From NCBI GenBank assembly GCA_002699585.1, contig PABP01000009.1, forward strand, positions 419,750-483,749: a DNA stretch of 64,000 bases. Reading direction: 5' to 3'. The notes below the pieces were generated by a model, which had not been told where the DNA came from, did not search any database, and saw only the letters and a program-made list of their open reading frames with translations. Shown piece after piece: positions 29,609 to 39,272 of the stretch; the first letter of the stretch is position 1, and each line of letters begins with the position of its first letter. A program made the position numbers and the translations under genes. Origin of the DNA: Anaerolineaceae bacterium (lineage in GTDB: Bacteria > Chloroflexota > Anaerolineae > Aggregatilineales > Phototrophicaceae).

Positions 29609-31156
29609 ATGGGCAATGGGACTATAGCCCTTGGAATTGATCTGGGCACAACAAATTCTGTTGTTGCTGTCGTAAATGAGCAGGGTGTGCCTGAGGTTAT
29701 ACCCAATAGTGAGGGTGAGCGATTGACTCCTTCATCTGTTCATTTTGATGGTGACAATATTGTAGTAGGACAATTTGCGAGAGATGCGCTGAGAGTTGAT
29801 CCAGACAATGTAGTTATGTTCGTCAAAAGACAGATCGGCAATCCGACTTGGCATGTGCAATATGATGGGAAGGAACATACTGCGATTGATGTTTCGGCTT
29901 TGATTCTTGAGAAACTCAGAAAGGATGCGGAACAGGCATTGAATATGTCCATCAATTATGCTGTCATCACTGTTCCAGCTGATTTTGATGATGCGCGACG
30001 ACGTGCAACAGAAACAGCAGCTACGATCGCGGGAATGAAAGTCCTGTGTTTAATCAATGAGCCTACGGCTGCTGCGATCGCGTTTGGCGCTAATCGTAAA
30101 GGTGATAAGAAAACTGTACTCGTTTACGACCTAGGTGGTGGTACCTTTGATGTTACTTTGATGATGATTGAAGGTGATAAGATTCGTGTTCTTGCTACAG
30201 AAGGCCAGCAACTTTTAGGTGGAAAAGATTTTGACGACCTGATTATCAAATATGCTGTCCAGGCATTCCAAGCTGAGCATGGCTTCGATCCAACAGCAGA
30301 AGAATATGTCGCAGCAGAATTGAGAGAACAAGCCGAAAAAGCCAAACGTGAGTTAAGTAAACGCAGCAGCACGATCCTTGTCATTGGGGCAAAGGGTAGG
30401 ACAACACGGACCTCGCTCACAAAAGAACAACTGGATGAGTTTATTTCATCAAAAGTAGATAATACTTTTATTCATATTCGAAATGTTCTAGAACATAGCA
30501 AACTTGCTCCAGAAGATGTTGATCAGGTTATACTTGTTGGCGGGTCAACACGTTTGCGGATTGTGCGCGAAAAATTAGCCGAGTTTTTTGGAAAAGACCC
30601 CGATGCTTCTATCAACCCAGATGAAGCTGTAGCACTTGGAGCAGCTATTGTCGCCGCTCGTGAATTAGCTGAAATAGAACCCGAGGCACTTTCAGAAACT
30701 GTACATGAGGTTGTTGGCGGATTACAGGTATCTGATGTGCTTTCTCATTCGTTGGGAATAGGCACCTTCGTACCCGGTACGAACCGTCCCTTCAATTCCA
30801 TTATGCTAGCTCGAAATACTCCCATCCCAAAAGAAGAATCCAGGATATTTCCAACTACCACGGCCAACCAAACGGCAATTAAGATAACTATATATCAGGG
30901 CGAATTTGATGATCCATCACTGTGTAATCCTGTGGGCGAATTTTTGCTTAAAGGCTTACCCCCAAACAGACCGGTAGGGAAAAAAGTTCGCATAACGATA
31001 TCTTGTAATACAAATGGGATGGTCGAGGTTCAAGCCACAGATATTGAGACCGGCTTGCAGGCCGAGACTGTAGTTAACTATAGTCAAGGATTGTCTCAGG
31101 ACGAAATCGCTGACAAGCAGAGCTGGCTGAAAAAGAAGACGAAGACCATCCTCTAG
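29609..31156 (+). CDS. Hsp70-family ATPase lacking the C-terminal helical lid (HscC-like)
   Basis: IDLGTTNSVVAV, DLGGGTFDVTLM, VILVGGSTRLRIVREKLAEFFGKDPDASINPDEAVALGAAIVAA. SBD-beta present, ends at 515 aa. Confidence 0.9.
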   Translation: MGNGTIALGIDLGTTNSVVAVVNEQGVPEVIPNSEGERLTPSSVHFDGDNIVVGQFARDALRVDPDNVVMFVKRQIGNPTWHVQYDGKEHTAIDVSALILEKLRKDAEQALNMSINYAVITVPADFDDARRRATETAATIAGMKVLCLINEPTAAAIAFGANRKGDKKTVLVYDLGGGTFDVTLMMIEGDKIRVLATEGQQLLGGKDFDDLIIKYAVQAFQAEHGFDPTAEEYVAAELREQAEKAKRELSKRSSTILVIGAKGRTTRTSLTKEQLDEFISSKVDNTFIHIRNVLEHSKLAPEDVDQVILVGGSTRLRIVREKLAEFFGKDPDASINPDEAVALGAAIVAARELAEIEPEALSETVHEVVGGLQVSDVLSHSLGIGTFVPGTNRPFNSIMLARNTPIPKEESRIFPTTTANQTAIKITIYQGEFDDPSLCNPVGEFLLKGLPPNRPVGKKVRITISCNTNGMVEVQATDIETGLQAETVVNYSQGLSQDEIADKQSWLKKKTKTIL

Positions 31157-31349
31157 GTGACAAATGTCATTGTTTATTAGGTTTCTGGCTGCATCCAATT
31201 CATGACAAAAAATCGTCCTAAAAACTTTGCTAGGATGCGATTCTCATATTATATTTATCTTGTGGGTTACTCTTGCGTGTGTACCGTAAGGCACATCAAG
31301 AATAGAAAGATGTGTTAACATGTAAAGAATTAGAATTAAGGCTACAAAG

Positions 31350-32651
31350 ATGCCCAACAATCGCCATCTAATCATTGACGAAGAACTGGTTCGTCCGCAA
31401 CAGCTTCTTGATAGAGGTTGGCCCATACCTGGTTTGGGGGGGAAACATCGGGTCGATCAAGGATGGTGCGCTGTCATCACGGTCGGTGGTGCTTATGAAG
31501 AGACTCTCGAACCCGGATTTTACGATATCAGCAAGTATCCTCGCCAGGATGTTCAGGCAATTCATGTCGATAAACGTCTCAAGCAGCTCACAGTAGCAAC
31601 TACACGCGAGTTCACGATCGCACGTCCCTTCCCCGTAGAAGTCGATCTTACACTGTCAGTAGAATATCGCGTCTCTGATCCCAGACGAGTAGCAGTCGAA
31701 ATTGAAAGCCCATTGACCAGCCTCTATGATCGTGTCCTTCAGGCGGTCAGAGGTGCAGTTGTGCATGTCGATTATGAGGAGTTTCGTACACAAGGGGAAC
31801 GGCTCGCACAGATCACGCTGGATCGGCTAAAAGCAATGCGCCTGCCAGATGTATTGGGGATCGACATCTTCAACGTTTTGGTTACGACCATCAAAGGAGC
31901 GGGTGAAGTCGCCAAGCGCATCCAGCATGAATGGGAGACTTTGCGCGATTGGCAGATGAACGCTCACATGGTGCAGAATTCGCAGATTACGCCACAATGG
32001 ATGGCAGTCAATGCGCCTGAACTCTACCAACAACTGATGGCAAATAATCATGAAGTGCGAATGGCTTTGATTGATATGGGACTTCTCGGACCTCAGGGCT
32101 TTCTCAATCAACCCGCTAATGCAAGCGGGACATTCGATGTCCAAAGTTTTATGAATACTTTGCCACCGGGCATGACATCTCCACAAGGACAAGTATTTTC
32201 CCCTTATGGACAGAACCAACCATCATTCCAACAGCAACCGCCACAGCTACAACAGCCAGCACAGACTCAGCATACACATGGCGTTGCACAACCGCAACAG
32301 AGTACTGATCCACTCGCACGTATTCGCGAAGAAGTAGAGTATCTTAAAAAACTCTCGAATGTCGTGGTGAAAGCTGAGGCATGTGAAGGTGAGGATGGCC
32401 TGCCTGACGGGACTTACATTCTTACTGTTCAGTTGAAAAGAACAGCAGATACCCCAGTTGTACTTGTGATTTATTGTCCAGAGGGGTTTCCCGATACAGC
32501 ACCTGAGGCAAGTGTGTTCTTCAGCGATGATGAAGCGGTGTTAAACGATCCTTCACAAGGGAAACCCTTCCAGTCGGGAGTCATGAGGAGATGGGCACCA
32601 TCCAACTATATTGTCGAAATTGCGCGTGAAGTGCGCGAGTTCTATGGATAG
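31350..32651 (+). CDS. SPFH/band-7 (flotillin/stomatin-like) domain protein with Q/P-rich linker and C-terminal possible E2/UEV-like domain
   Basis: GWCAVITVGGAYEETLEPGFYDI...VEYRVSDPRRVAVEIESPLTSLYDRVLQAVRGAV...LGIDIFNVLVTTIK follows the SPFH pattern. C-terminal VVLVIYCPEGFPDTAPEASVFF resembles the E2/UEV fold signature. Confidence 0.55.
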   Translation: MPNNRHLIIDEELVRPQQLLDRGWPIPGLGGKHRVDQGWCAVITVGGAYEETLEPGFYDISKYPRQDVQAIHVDKRLKQLTVATTREFTIARPFPVEVDLTLSVEYRVSDPRRVAVEIESPLTSLYDRVLQAVRGAVVHVDYEEFRTQGERLAQITLDRLKAMRLPDVLGIDIFNVLVTTIKGAGEVAKRIQHEWETLRDWQMNAHMVQNSQITPQWMAVNAPELYQQLMANNHEVRMALIDMGLLGPQGFLNQPANASGTFDVQSFMNTLPPGMTSPQGQVFSPYGQNQPSFQQQPPQLQQPAQTQHTHGVAQPQQSTDPLARIREEVEYLKKLSNVVVKAEACEGEDGLPDGTYILTVQLKRTADTPVVLVIYCPEGFPDTAPEASVFFSDDEAVLNDPSQGKPFQSGVMRRWAPSNYIVEIAREVREFYG

Positions 32652-32664
32652 GTGGTGATCGATC

Positions 32665-33426
32665 ATGAGTTTGGAACCCAATTACTATGATGTTCTGAAA
32701 ATACCACGCCATGCAACAGATCAGGAAGTAGAAGTCGCATTTCATGAACTATCAGATCAGTTAAAATCACTGGTGTCAACTGGGAGTGAGTTCGAAAGTG
32801 CTGAAGCAAGTCAACAACTTCAATTGGTTGATGATGCTTATCAGACGCTTCAAGGTGAAATACGGCGCAAGCAGTACGATTCTCAGCTTGATGGCTCGGA
32901 CCCTGACGTGCTGACGCCTGAATTAAGTATCGACAAAGCCCGAAAACAAACTGCAATCACAACTACGCCATCTCAAAATAGAACAGCCTACTGTGCAAGC
33001 TGTGGTGCTCATCTGCCTGAGAAAAGCATGGTCTGCATGAATTGTGGGGCAAGAGCACCTCAACTTGTTACATCCGAGATGCAGTGCCCATATTGCCGTA
33101 GTCAAGTCCCAGCAGGAAGCATGACATGCCTAACTTGCGGAGAGCAGGTTAGCCGTTTATGTCCTCAGTGTGGAGAGGCTATAGCATTAGGTGAAATAAT
33201 TTGTGGGCGATGTGGTACAAATATTCAGGACTATGACCGACGCCGATTTGGACAAGCAGAAATTATAAAACGTGAATTTGATAAGGAACGTGCAGAAGAT
33301 GCAGTTCGTGTGGAGAGTCAGCGGAGAATTCTCGCTTCACTTGATAAACAGGCAAGAGAATTCTGGTTTGTGGTAATTGGCTTAATAATTTTAACTATAA
33401 TTATCTTGTCGATGACCAATGGATAA
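32665..33426 (+). CDS. membrane-anchored multi-zinc-ribbon protein with degenerate J-domain-like N-terminus (no HPD)
   Basis: NYYDVLKIPRHATDQEVEVAFHEL... then five CxxC pairs and a C-terminal TM helix FWFVVIGLIILTIIILSM. Confidence 0.5.
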   Translation: MSLEPNYYDVLKIPRHATDQEVEVAFHELSDQLKSLVSTGSEFESAEASQQLQLVDDAYQTLQGEIRRKQYDSQLDGSDPDVLTPELSIDKARKQTAITTTPSQNRTAYCASCGAHLPEKSMVCMNCGARAPQLVTSEMQCPYCRSQVPAGSMTCLTCGEQVSRLCPQCGEAIALGEIICGRCGTNIQDYDRRRFGQAEIIKREFDKERAEDAVRVESQRRILASLDKQAREFWFVVIGLIILTIIILSMTNG

Positions 33427-34057
33427 AATTGATCACACCCATGCTGAAGCTCGCTGGCAATGCATTGACTGCGGATATGAGAATGTAACTGGTACAGATT
33501 CTTGCTCGGTTTGTGGCAGTCCAAAGCAGATTAACTGCTTGAATTGTAGATCACTCATTGATGCAGGGACAATCGTTTGTCCAACATGCGGCATAGACAT
33601 TACAAAGTATTCTTCTGCTTATGAACATTTGACAGCTAATTTCGTACTTGAAGTTGATGCTGATCGTGAAAAGTGGAAACAAAGTCAAGATGAACGAGTT
33701 GAACGTGAAATTGCATCTTCTTACGCGAACGCAAAACGTAGGACAGTACAAGCCCTTGTGCTATTTGGCGTCCTATTCGTAATTTTGATGACACTCTTCG
33801 TTGTTCGGCAAATAAGGGAACAAGAAAAGCAGGCAATGTTGTCGCGAGAATATGAAGCCGCTGCGAACTGTTTAGGAGAACACGACTACAACTGCGCTCG
33901 CGACCACTTACGTTATGTGCTGTCTGTTGAACCTGACTATCGCGATGCTTCAGAACTTCTAGAAGTCGTATACAACGATTGGATTGGTGAAGCGACTAGG
34001 CAGGGAGACATAGGGCTTGTCATCTCACTATTGGCTGAACGGACATTTTGGGATTAG
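33419..34057 (+). CDS. zinc-ribbon membrane protein with C-terminal TPR-like region
   Basis: WQCIDCGY...CSVCGS...CLNCRS...CPTCG. TM helix ALVLFGVLFVILMTLFVV. Confidence 0.5.
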   Translation: MDKIDHTHAEARWQCIDCGYENVTGTDSCSVCGSPKQINCLNCRSLIDAGTIVCPTCGIDITKYSSAYEHLTANFVLEVDADREKWKQSQDERVEREIASSYANAKRRTVQALVLFGVLFVILMTLFVVRQIREQEKQAMLSREYEAAANCLGEHDYNCARDHLRYVLSVEPDYRDASELLEVVYNDWIGEATRQGDIGLVISLLAERTFWD

Positions 34058-34089
34058 GAAAAGACTAAAGCAAGGGAAAGGAGATCCCC

Positions 34090-35079
34090 ATGCAGCAAAC
34101 ACAAAACTACTATGAAGTTCTACAGGTGGATCAAACCGCCGGAATGAATGAAATCGAGGAGGCATATCGTCGAGAATACAACAAGTGGTCTAAACTGATC
34201 AATCATCATGACCCTGATATGCAGGACAGCGCTCGAAAGAACCTGCGCCTTATCGAGGCTGCCAAAACAACATTGCTGGACGCATCTAAACGGTCTGAAC
34301 ATGACAGTGCGTTGGCATCAGGGCTTTATGATGAATCGGCGAAGCCAAATCTAACTGCTGTGGCGGGTATGCCCGTGATGACTCCACCGCCACCTCAGAA
34401 ATCATCCAAGAAGGAATCACCAACACTCAAGAATGCGTGGGAATGCACTGATTGTGATACCGTAAACTCTCCCGGTACGATGTATTGTATTTCCTGTGGT
34501 ACTCAACTAGGGAAGAACTGTCCAGAGTGTGGACACACACTTCCTGTCAGTGCCGAGTTCTGCACGAACTGTGGTGTCAATTTCCAGCAACGTGAGTGGG
34601 AGATTGAGCAAGATCAAATTGCAGCAGAGAAAGCAGCACGGCAACAGATGCAGAATTATTTCCAGTATGTACGCTCAATCCCGATGCATCGCCACAAAAA
34701 GGTCAGAGAAGAACTGGAAGCACATCCTGAGTACTCGCAGACAAGCGAAGCCATCAATTTGTATGAAGCGGCAAAACAAGAAGGGTCAAAGTGGACTTGG
34801 ACTCTTATTGGTATTTCAGCCGCTATTTCGGCATTTGCCGGGCTTGTTTTGGGCAGTACTGGACGTAATCCTGATGGGGGTTCAGGTTTGCTATTCGGTG
34901 CAGTGCTTGGAGCAATTGGTGGGGCGATATTTGGTCACTGGTGGGGTGGCAAGTGGGGAGGTGAGAGTGGACAGCCTCTAGATGCTATTCTCGCTGTCTT
35001 GACAGGGCCATTTCTGCTCGTCTTTGGTATTTTCATTCTTGTAATTGTTGGTTTTGTGATGTTTGCTGCTGGGGGATAA
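34090..35079 (+). CDS. J-domain-like / zinc-ribbon membrane protein with glycine-zipper C-terminal TM region
   Basis: NYYEVLQVDQTAGMNEIEEAYRREYNKWSKLINHHDPDMQ (HxDPD in place of HPD). CxxC pairs. GxxxG-rich TM helices. Confidence 0.5.
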   Translation: MQQTQNYYEVLQVDQTAGMNEIEEAYRREYNKWSKLINHHDPDMQDSARKNLRLIEAAKTTLLDASKRSEHDSALASGLYDESAKPNLTAVAGMPVMTPPPPQKSSKKESPTLKNAWECTDCDTVNSPGTMYCISCGTQLGKNCPECGHTLPVSAEFCTNCGVNFQQREWEIEQDQIAAEKAARQQMQNYFQYVRSIPMHRHKKVREELEAHPEYSQTSEAINLYEAAKQEGSKWTWTLIGISAAISAFAGLVLGSTGRNPDGGSGLLFGAVLGAIGGAIFGHWWGGKWGGESGQPLDAILAVLTGPFLLVFGIFILVIVGFVMFAAGG

Positions 35080-35085
35080 ATCTGT

Positions 35086-35640
35086 TTGGAGGTAGAACTC
35101 AAGATTAGTAGATCTACATTGAGCAGGTTGATCGTGCTTGGTTCCGTCTTACTGCTCAATATCGGAATTCTGACGTTGGGCAGCCGTCTAGAGGAAAACT
35201 CTGGTGCCAGCTATGGGGGGTTGTTTGTTCTGGCTTTCCTATTTAACTCAACTGTGTTGCTACCCTCCCCAATCCTTACCATAGTTGGCGCGATGAGTTT
35301 GTCTTTGCCTCCCTTGTGGGTTGGGTTAGTCGCTGGGGTTGGCTCTACACTGGGTGAGCTTGTAGGCTATACGGCTGGAGCAAGTGGAAGAGAGTTAGTT
35401 GATGGGCATGTAGGAGAGAGGCTGCGTAGTTTGATTGAACGTGGAGGAGGAGCAACCGTTTTTCTTGCAGCATTTACACCGGGGCCAGTATTCGACTTTG
35501 TTGGCATTGCAGCAGGGGCATTACGTTTTCCGCTAGGTCGATTTATCTTCTTCTGCGGGATGGGAAAGATACTAAAAATGATTTTATTTGCTTATTTAGG
35601 CGAAAGACTATTTTCAACTTTGTTGGAGTTTATCAAATAG
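35086..35640 (+). CDS. DedA/VTT (SNARE-associated, TVP38/TMEM64) family membrane protein
   Basis: Polytopic with GY...G motif region VGSTLGELVGYTAGASGRELV...FTPGPVFDFVGIAAGALRFPLGRF. Confidence 0.65.
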   Translation: MEVELKISRSTLSRLIVLGSVLLLNIGILTLGSRLEENSGASYGGLFVLAFLFNSTVLLPSPILTIVGAMSLSLPPLWVGLVAGVGSTLGELVGYTAGASGRELVDGHVGERLRSLIERGGGATVFLAAFTPGPVFDFVGIAAGALRFPLGRFIFFCGMGKILKMILFAYLGERLFSTLLEFIK

Positions 35641-35644
35641 AAAG

Positions 35645-35905
35645 GTGATCGACATGGCACGCTTTGAATACATGATGGTACAAGTACCTCCGACAATTCC
35701 GAAGTCGAAAGGAGCGAGCGGCAGCGAGGCTGCATCCTATTTGCAGTCGATAGTAAACGAACATGCTACAAAAGGCTGGGAGTTCTATCGAGTTGATTCA
35801 ATTGGAGTTGTTTCCGATCCAGGTTGTTTAGGAGCTTTGCTTGGGCAGAAACAAACCATTATCGAGTATTATGTAGTCACCTTCCGTAAACAACAAGGCG
35901 GATAG
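35645..35905 (+). CDS. DUF4177-like small protein
   Basis: FEYMMVQV...VNEHATKGWEFYRVDSIGV pattern. Confidence 0.4.
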   Translation: MIDMARFEYMMVQVPPTIPKSKGASGSEAASYLQSIVNEHATKGWEFYRVDSIGVVSDPGCLGALLGQKQTIIEYYVVTFRKQQGG

Positions 35906-35993
35906 CAACGAAGCTAACTTTGGCTTGCAGATGTTTGATGGGGGTTGGTACTTCACCAGCCCCAGTAGTTATTGATTAATAGTCGGGGGACCG

Positions 35994-38915
35994 ATGAAGA
36001 TTCCCTATATTTATATCTCAGACCGAGAATTGATTCGTGTCCCTGTTGAATATGATAATCAACAAGGTGTGCGATATGAAGACGTTGGCGGTGAACACGC
36101 AATTTGGATTGCTCGCGTTCCTTTTTTGCCAAGCTTTATGTCTGACGACTTCACACGGCTAGGCAAAGAACGAATAAGAATTATTGTACGGCGACAGTAT
36201 CGCTTTATTTATGATCTATCTCGATCCCGAGAAAATCAGGCAACATTCGAATTACGTTTTGTATCCACGCCAAACCCCATACCTGGGCAACCCAACGCCA
36301 TTGATATGGTGTTTTTAGGTAAAGTGTTCTCACGCCGCCATCGTGGTGGTTTTACCGAAGCCGTCGCACTATGGGATAAGTTTGCTGCAAATTTCCCACT
36401 TGAGGATCCCTTTAATTACCCTCTGGAACCTGTCTCTGAAGAACGATTTCAGCATTTTTATCAGCCTTTTGAGTTCAATACGCTCACTAAGGATAATATT
36501 CTCGAATTACGCAAGTATGAGGACATGCCCGTAACACCTGGAGGAGAGCTTGGACGCCAAGCCCGCAAGGGTGATTATATCGTTCATCCATTTGTACCCA
36601 GCACTGATTTCAACCCTATGGGACGATTCTTTGAGGCATTGGCTGTTCAGCAGCAGAAATGCTTTGCTTCGATTAGTTTGCGTCCGACCTCTCTGTTCCC
36701 ACAGGAGATACAGAATGTCAGTTTCCAGATAGGACAATTTCGCAAAGATGCGGCAGAGAATGATGAGGCGACAGAAGAATATATTCGGACTCGTTCGATC
36801 ATTGGATTGAAGGTCTATCAGCGATTAATGATGGAACGTGAGCACTTGCTTATGGTCCGCGTTCACGTCGTGGGTGAAAATCACGCACCTTATGCTGTGG
36901 CGGAAGCACTTGGCTCGGAGATGATGGATAATGGTCGTAACGAATATCCTACACAATGGAACAACGTTCAACCATCTACACCAAATGAACTTGAATCTGC
37001 TATACATAACTTGCGATGGCTAGAACACGATCTGTGGGGAGAGACTAAAGCTGTTCCACAGCTGGAACGTCTCAGGTATCTTGCTAGCGCATCTGAAGCG
37101 TCCGGAGCCTTCCGACTTCCTGTTCCTTCCGAAAGTGGATACATGCCAGGTGTACTTGTAAAGAGTGAGCCGTTTGTAGCACCGGCTGATTATCTCGAAA
37201 GTGACTCTGATGAAACAATTGATACAAGTGAAGCCAGATCAGAAGGGAATATTGATCTTGGCTATATATACCATCGCGGAAAATCGACCGCACAGAAATT
37301 CACAATTCCAGTAAGCGATTTTACTCGTCACACGTTGATTGCGGGATCGACAGGAGCGGGTAAGACGACCACCATAATGAGCATTCTAGCGCAAATGTGG
37401 AGTAAACATCGTATTCCATTTATGGTCCTGTATCCTATTGACAAAACTGATTATCGTGAACTGCGCCATTTCGGTGATTTGAAAGAAAATCTTTTAGTGT
37501 TTTCGTTGGGTGACGAAACAACTTCGCCTTTTCGGTTCAATCCATTCGAAGTACCAGAAGGAATGCTCCTCAAAACTCATCTGAGTCGCTTGATGAGGGT
37601 TTTTTCTGCTGCCTTTAGTCTGATGGATCCGCTACCCATGATCTATCGCGATGCCCTACGACGAGTGTATCGAAATCTTGGTTGGAACCCAGTCATTGAT
37701 CGCGGACAACCGGGCAGACAATATCCGGTCATGAGTGAGTTTCATTCCACAATCGATGAGATTACGAATGAGTTGAATTATGGTCGAGAAGTTCAGGATA
37801 ATGTACGACAGGCTTCTGTTATTCGCATCGGCGATCTCCTAGAAAATGCTGGTTATGTTGTCAATGTTCGTGAATCAATGCCCATATCGAGAATAATGCA
37901 ATATCCAACAGTGATGGAAATTGGTCGAGTTGGATCAATGGCTGATACAGCTCTTCTAATGGGCTTCCTTTTAATGCGTTTGGCAGGTGAGATTGAAAGA
38001 AATCCACGTCCCAGACATATGCCACATATCACAGTTGTCGAAGAAGCGCACAGATTGATGTCAGAAGTCTCGACAAATGGACAAGAAACAGGAGATCCGA
38101 GAAGTAGTGCTGGTGAGGATTTCAGTAATATACTTGCAGAGGTGCGCGGCTTTGGCGAAGGAATCATTATCGCCGAACAAATTCCGACTTTGCTGGTCAA
38201 AGGCGCGATTGGAAACACGTATATAAAGGTAATGCACTGGTTAGAAGATGTTCCCAGTTATGAGCTGTTTTCAAATGTTATGAATCTGAACGATCAGCAG
38301 CGTGAGTATGCTCGTACCTTGCAGGCAGGTCATGCCATTGTTCGTAGCCCTTTTGGACGCCCAGTTCACATCAAGATTCCAAGAATTACGGAACAACAAG
38401 CTGATAACTCTGACAAAGCTATTGCAGAACACATGGCCGAGCAACGTACTAAACTGGACATTAGAGCATCCAACATCATTGAATGGACTTCATCGATTTC
38501 AGCTAACACCGAAATCCGTAAGTTGCAGCTAGTTACGGTACAGAAGGCCGTTTCTGCTCGGATTTTGGATGCACCAATGCAGACTTGTGCTCACTGTATT
38601 CCATTGCTCAGCGAAGGAAAATGTCCTTATCGAAGTCAAGCCAAGCCGATGGTAGATTCCAAGGAATTCGCAAAGTGGGCTGAGTTGATTGATCTCACTA
38701 GTGAATTAGAAGATCCTCCAGCACGTTGGACAAACCTCTCTCAAATAGGGCGGAGGCTATTCGGAAAGGGAAATCCGGGGCAGTTTTACTGCTTACTGGC
38801 GCATCTAGCGGATCGTGCACAAAAGCTGGCGAGGGATGATGCTTCTAGTTTTGAAATGCGGTATCAACGTTATAGAAATATTTTAAACGATTTCCAGACT
38901 AACTATGAAAGGTAA
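35994..38915 (+). CDS. HerA/FtsK-superfamily (DUF87-like) ATPase, 973 aa, with large unique N-terminal region and C-terminal Cys cluster
   Basis: Walker A LIAGSTGAGKTTTIMSIL, Walker B-like ITVVEEAHRLM, FGEGIIIAEQIPT. CAHCIPLLSEGKCPY near the C-terminus. Confidence 0.8.
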   Translation: MKIPYIYISDRELIRVPVEYDNQQGVRYEDVGGEHAIWIARVPFLPSFMSDDFTRLGKERIRIIVRRQYRFIYDLSRSRENQATFELRFVSTPNPIPGQPNAIDMVFLGKVFSRRHRGGFTEAVALWDKFAANFPLEDPFNYPLEPVSEERFQHFYQPFEFNTLTKDNILELRKYEDMPVTPGGELGRQARKGDYIVHPFVPSTDFNPMGRFFEALAVQQQKCFASISLRPTSLFPQEIQNVSFQIGQFRKDAAENDEATEEYIRTRSIIGLKVYQRLMMEREHLLMVRVHVVGENHAPYAVAEALGSEMMDNGRNEYPTQWNNVQPSTPNELESAIHNLRWLEHDLWGETKAVPQLERLRYLASASEASGAFRLPVPSESGYMPGVLVKSEPFVAPADYLESDSDETIDTSEARSEGNIDLGYIYHRGKSTAQKFTIPVSDFTRHTLIAGSTGAGKTTTIMSILAQMWSKHRIPFMVLYPIDKTDYRELRHFGDLKENLLVFSLGDETTSPFRFNPFEVPEGMLLKTHLSRLMRVFSAAFSLMDPLPMIYRDALRRVYRNLGWNPVIDRGQPGRQYPVMSEFHSTIDEITNELNYGREVQDNVRQASVIRIGDLLENAGYVVNVRESMPISRIMQYPTVMEIGRVGSMADTALLMGFLLMRLAGEIERNPRPRHMPHITVVEEAHRLMSEVSTNGQETGDPRSSAGEDFSNILAEVRGFGEGIIIAEQIPTLLVKGAIGNTYIKVMHWLEDVPSYELFSNVMNLNDQQREYARTLQAGHAIVRSPFGRPVHIKIPRITEQQADNSDKAIAEHMAEQRTKLDIRASNIIEWTSSISANTEIRKLQLVTVQKAVSARILDAPMQTCAHCIPLLSEGKCPYRSQAKPMVDSKEFAKWAELIDLTSELEDPPARWTNLSQIGRRLFGKGNPGQFYCLLAHLADRAQKLARDDASSFEMRYQRYRNILNDFQTNYER

Positions 38916-38923
38916 ATGGGATC

Positions 38924-39235
38924 ATGTTCGAAAGGCCCAGATTTCGTCCAGAGCATGAACTGAGAAAAGAAGATAACGACAATCCCCAGCCATCTAGTTC
39001 TTCGGATGTAGACTTATCAGGGAATTTCGTGGAGCGTAAACGCGACCCAAGTGACGACGTGGGATCTGATACACCTGTTTCACAATATGACCAAACCGAT
39101 GAACATATAGAGAATCCTGATTTAACTTGGACGGACGAAGATGAGTCGTTATTTGATGAAGTTCAGAAGCTACGTTCCGAACAAGCGCAAGATATCAAAG
39201 AGGATGCGGATGCCCTTGATGATAAGTTCAAATAA
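38924..39235 (+). CDS. small acidic low-complexity protein with DLTWTDEDESLFDEV motif
   Basis: Starts 9 nt after the HerA-like stop. Paralog of the next gene. Confidence 0.45.
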   Translation: MFERPRFRPEHELRKEDNDNPQPSSSSDVDLSGNFVERKRDPSDDVGSDTPVSQYDQTDEHIENPDLTWTDEDESLFDEVQKLRSEQAQDIKEDADALDDKFK

Positions 39236-39272
39236 ATAAAAAGACATTTAGCCCGCAAGGTGAGAAATTGCT

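Noticed and set aside
32665-35079. Calling the zinc-ribbon proteins bona fide DnaJ co-chaperones
   Set aside because: The N-termini only loosely follow the J-domain helix pattern and lack a canonical HPD tripeptide. They are reported as J-like only.
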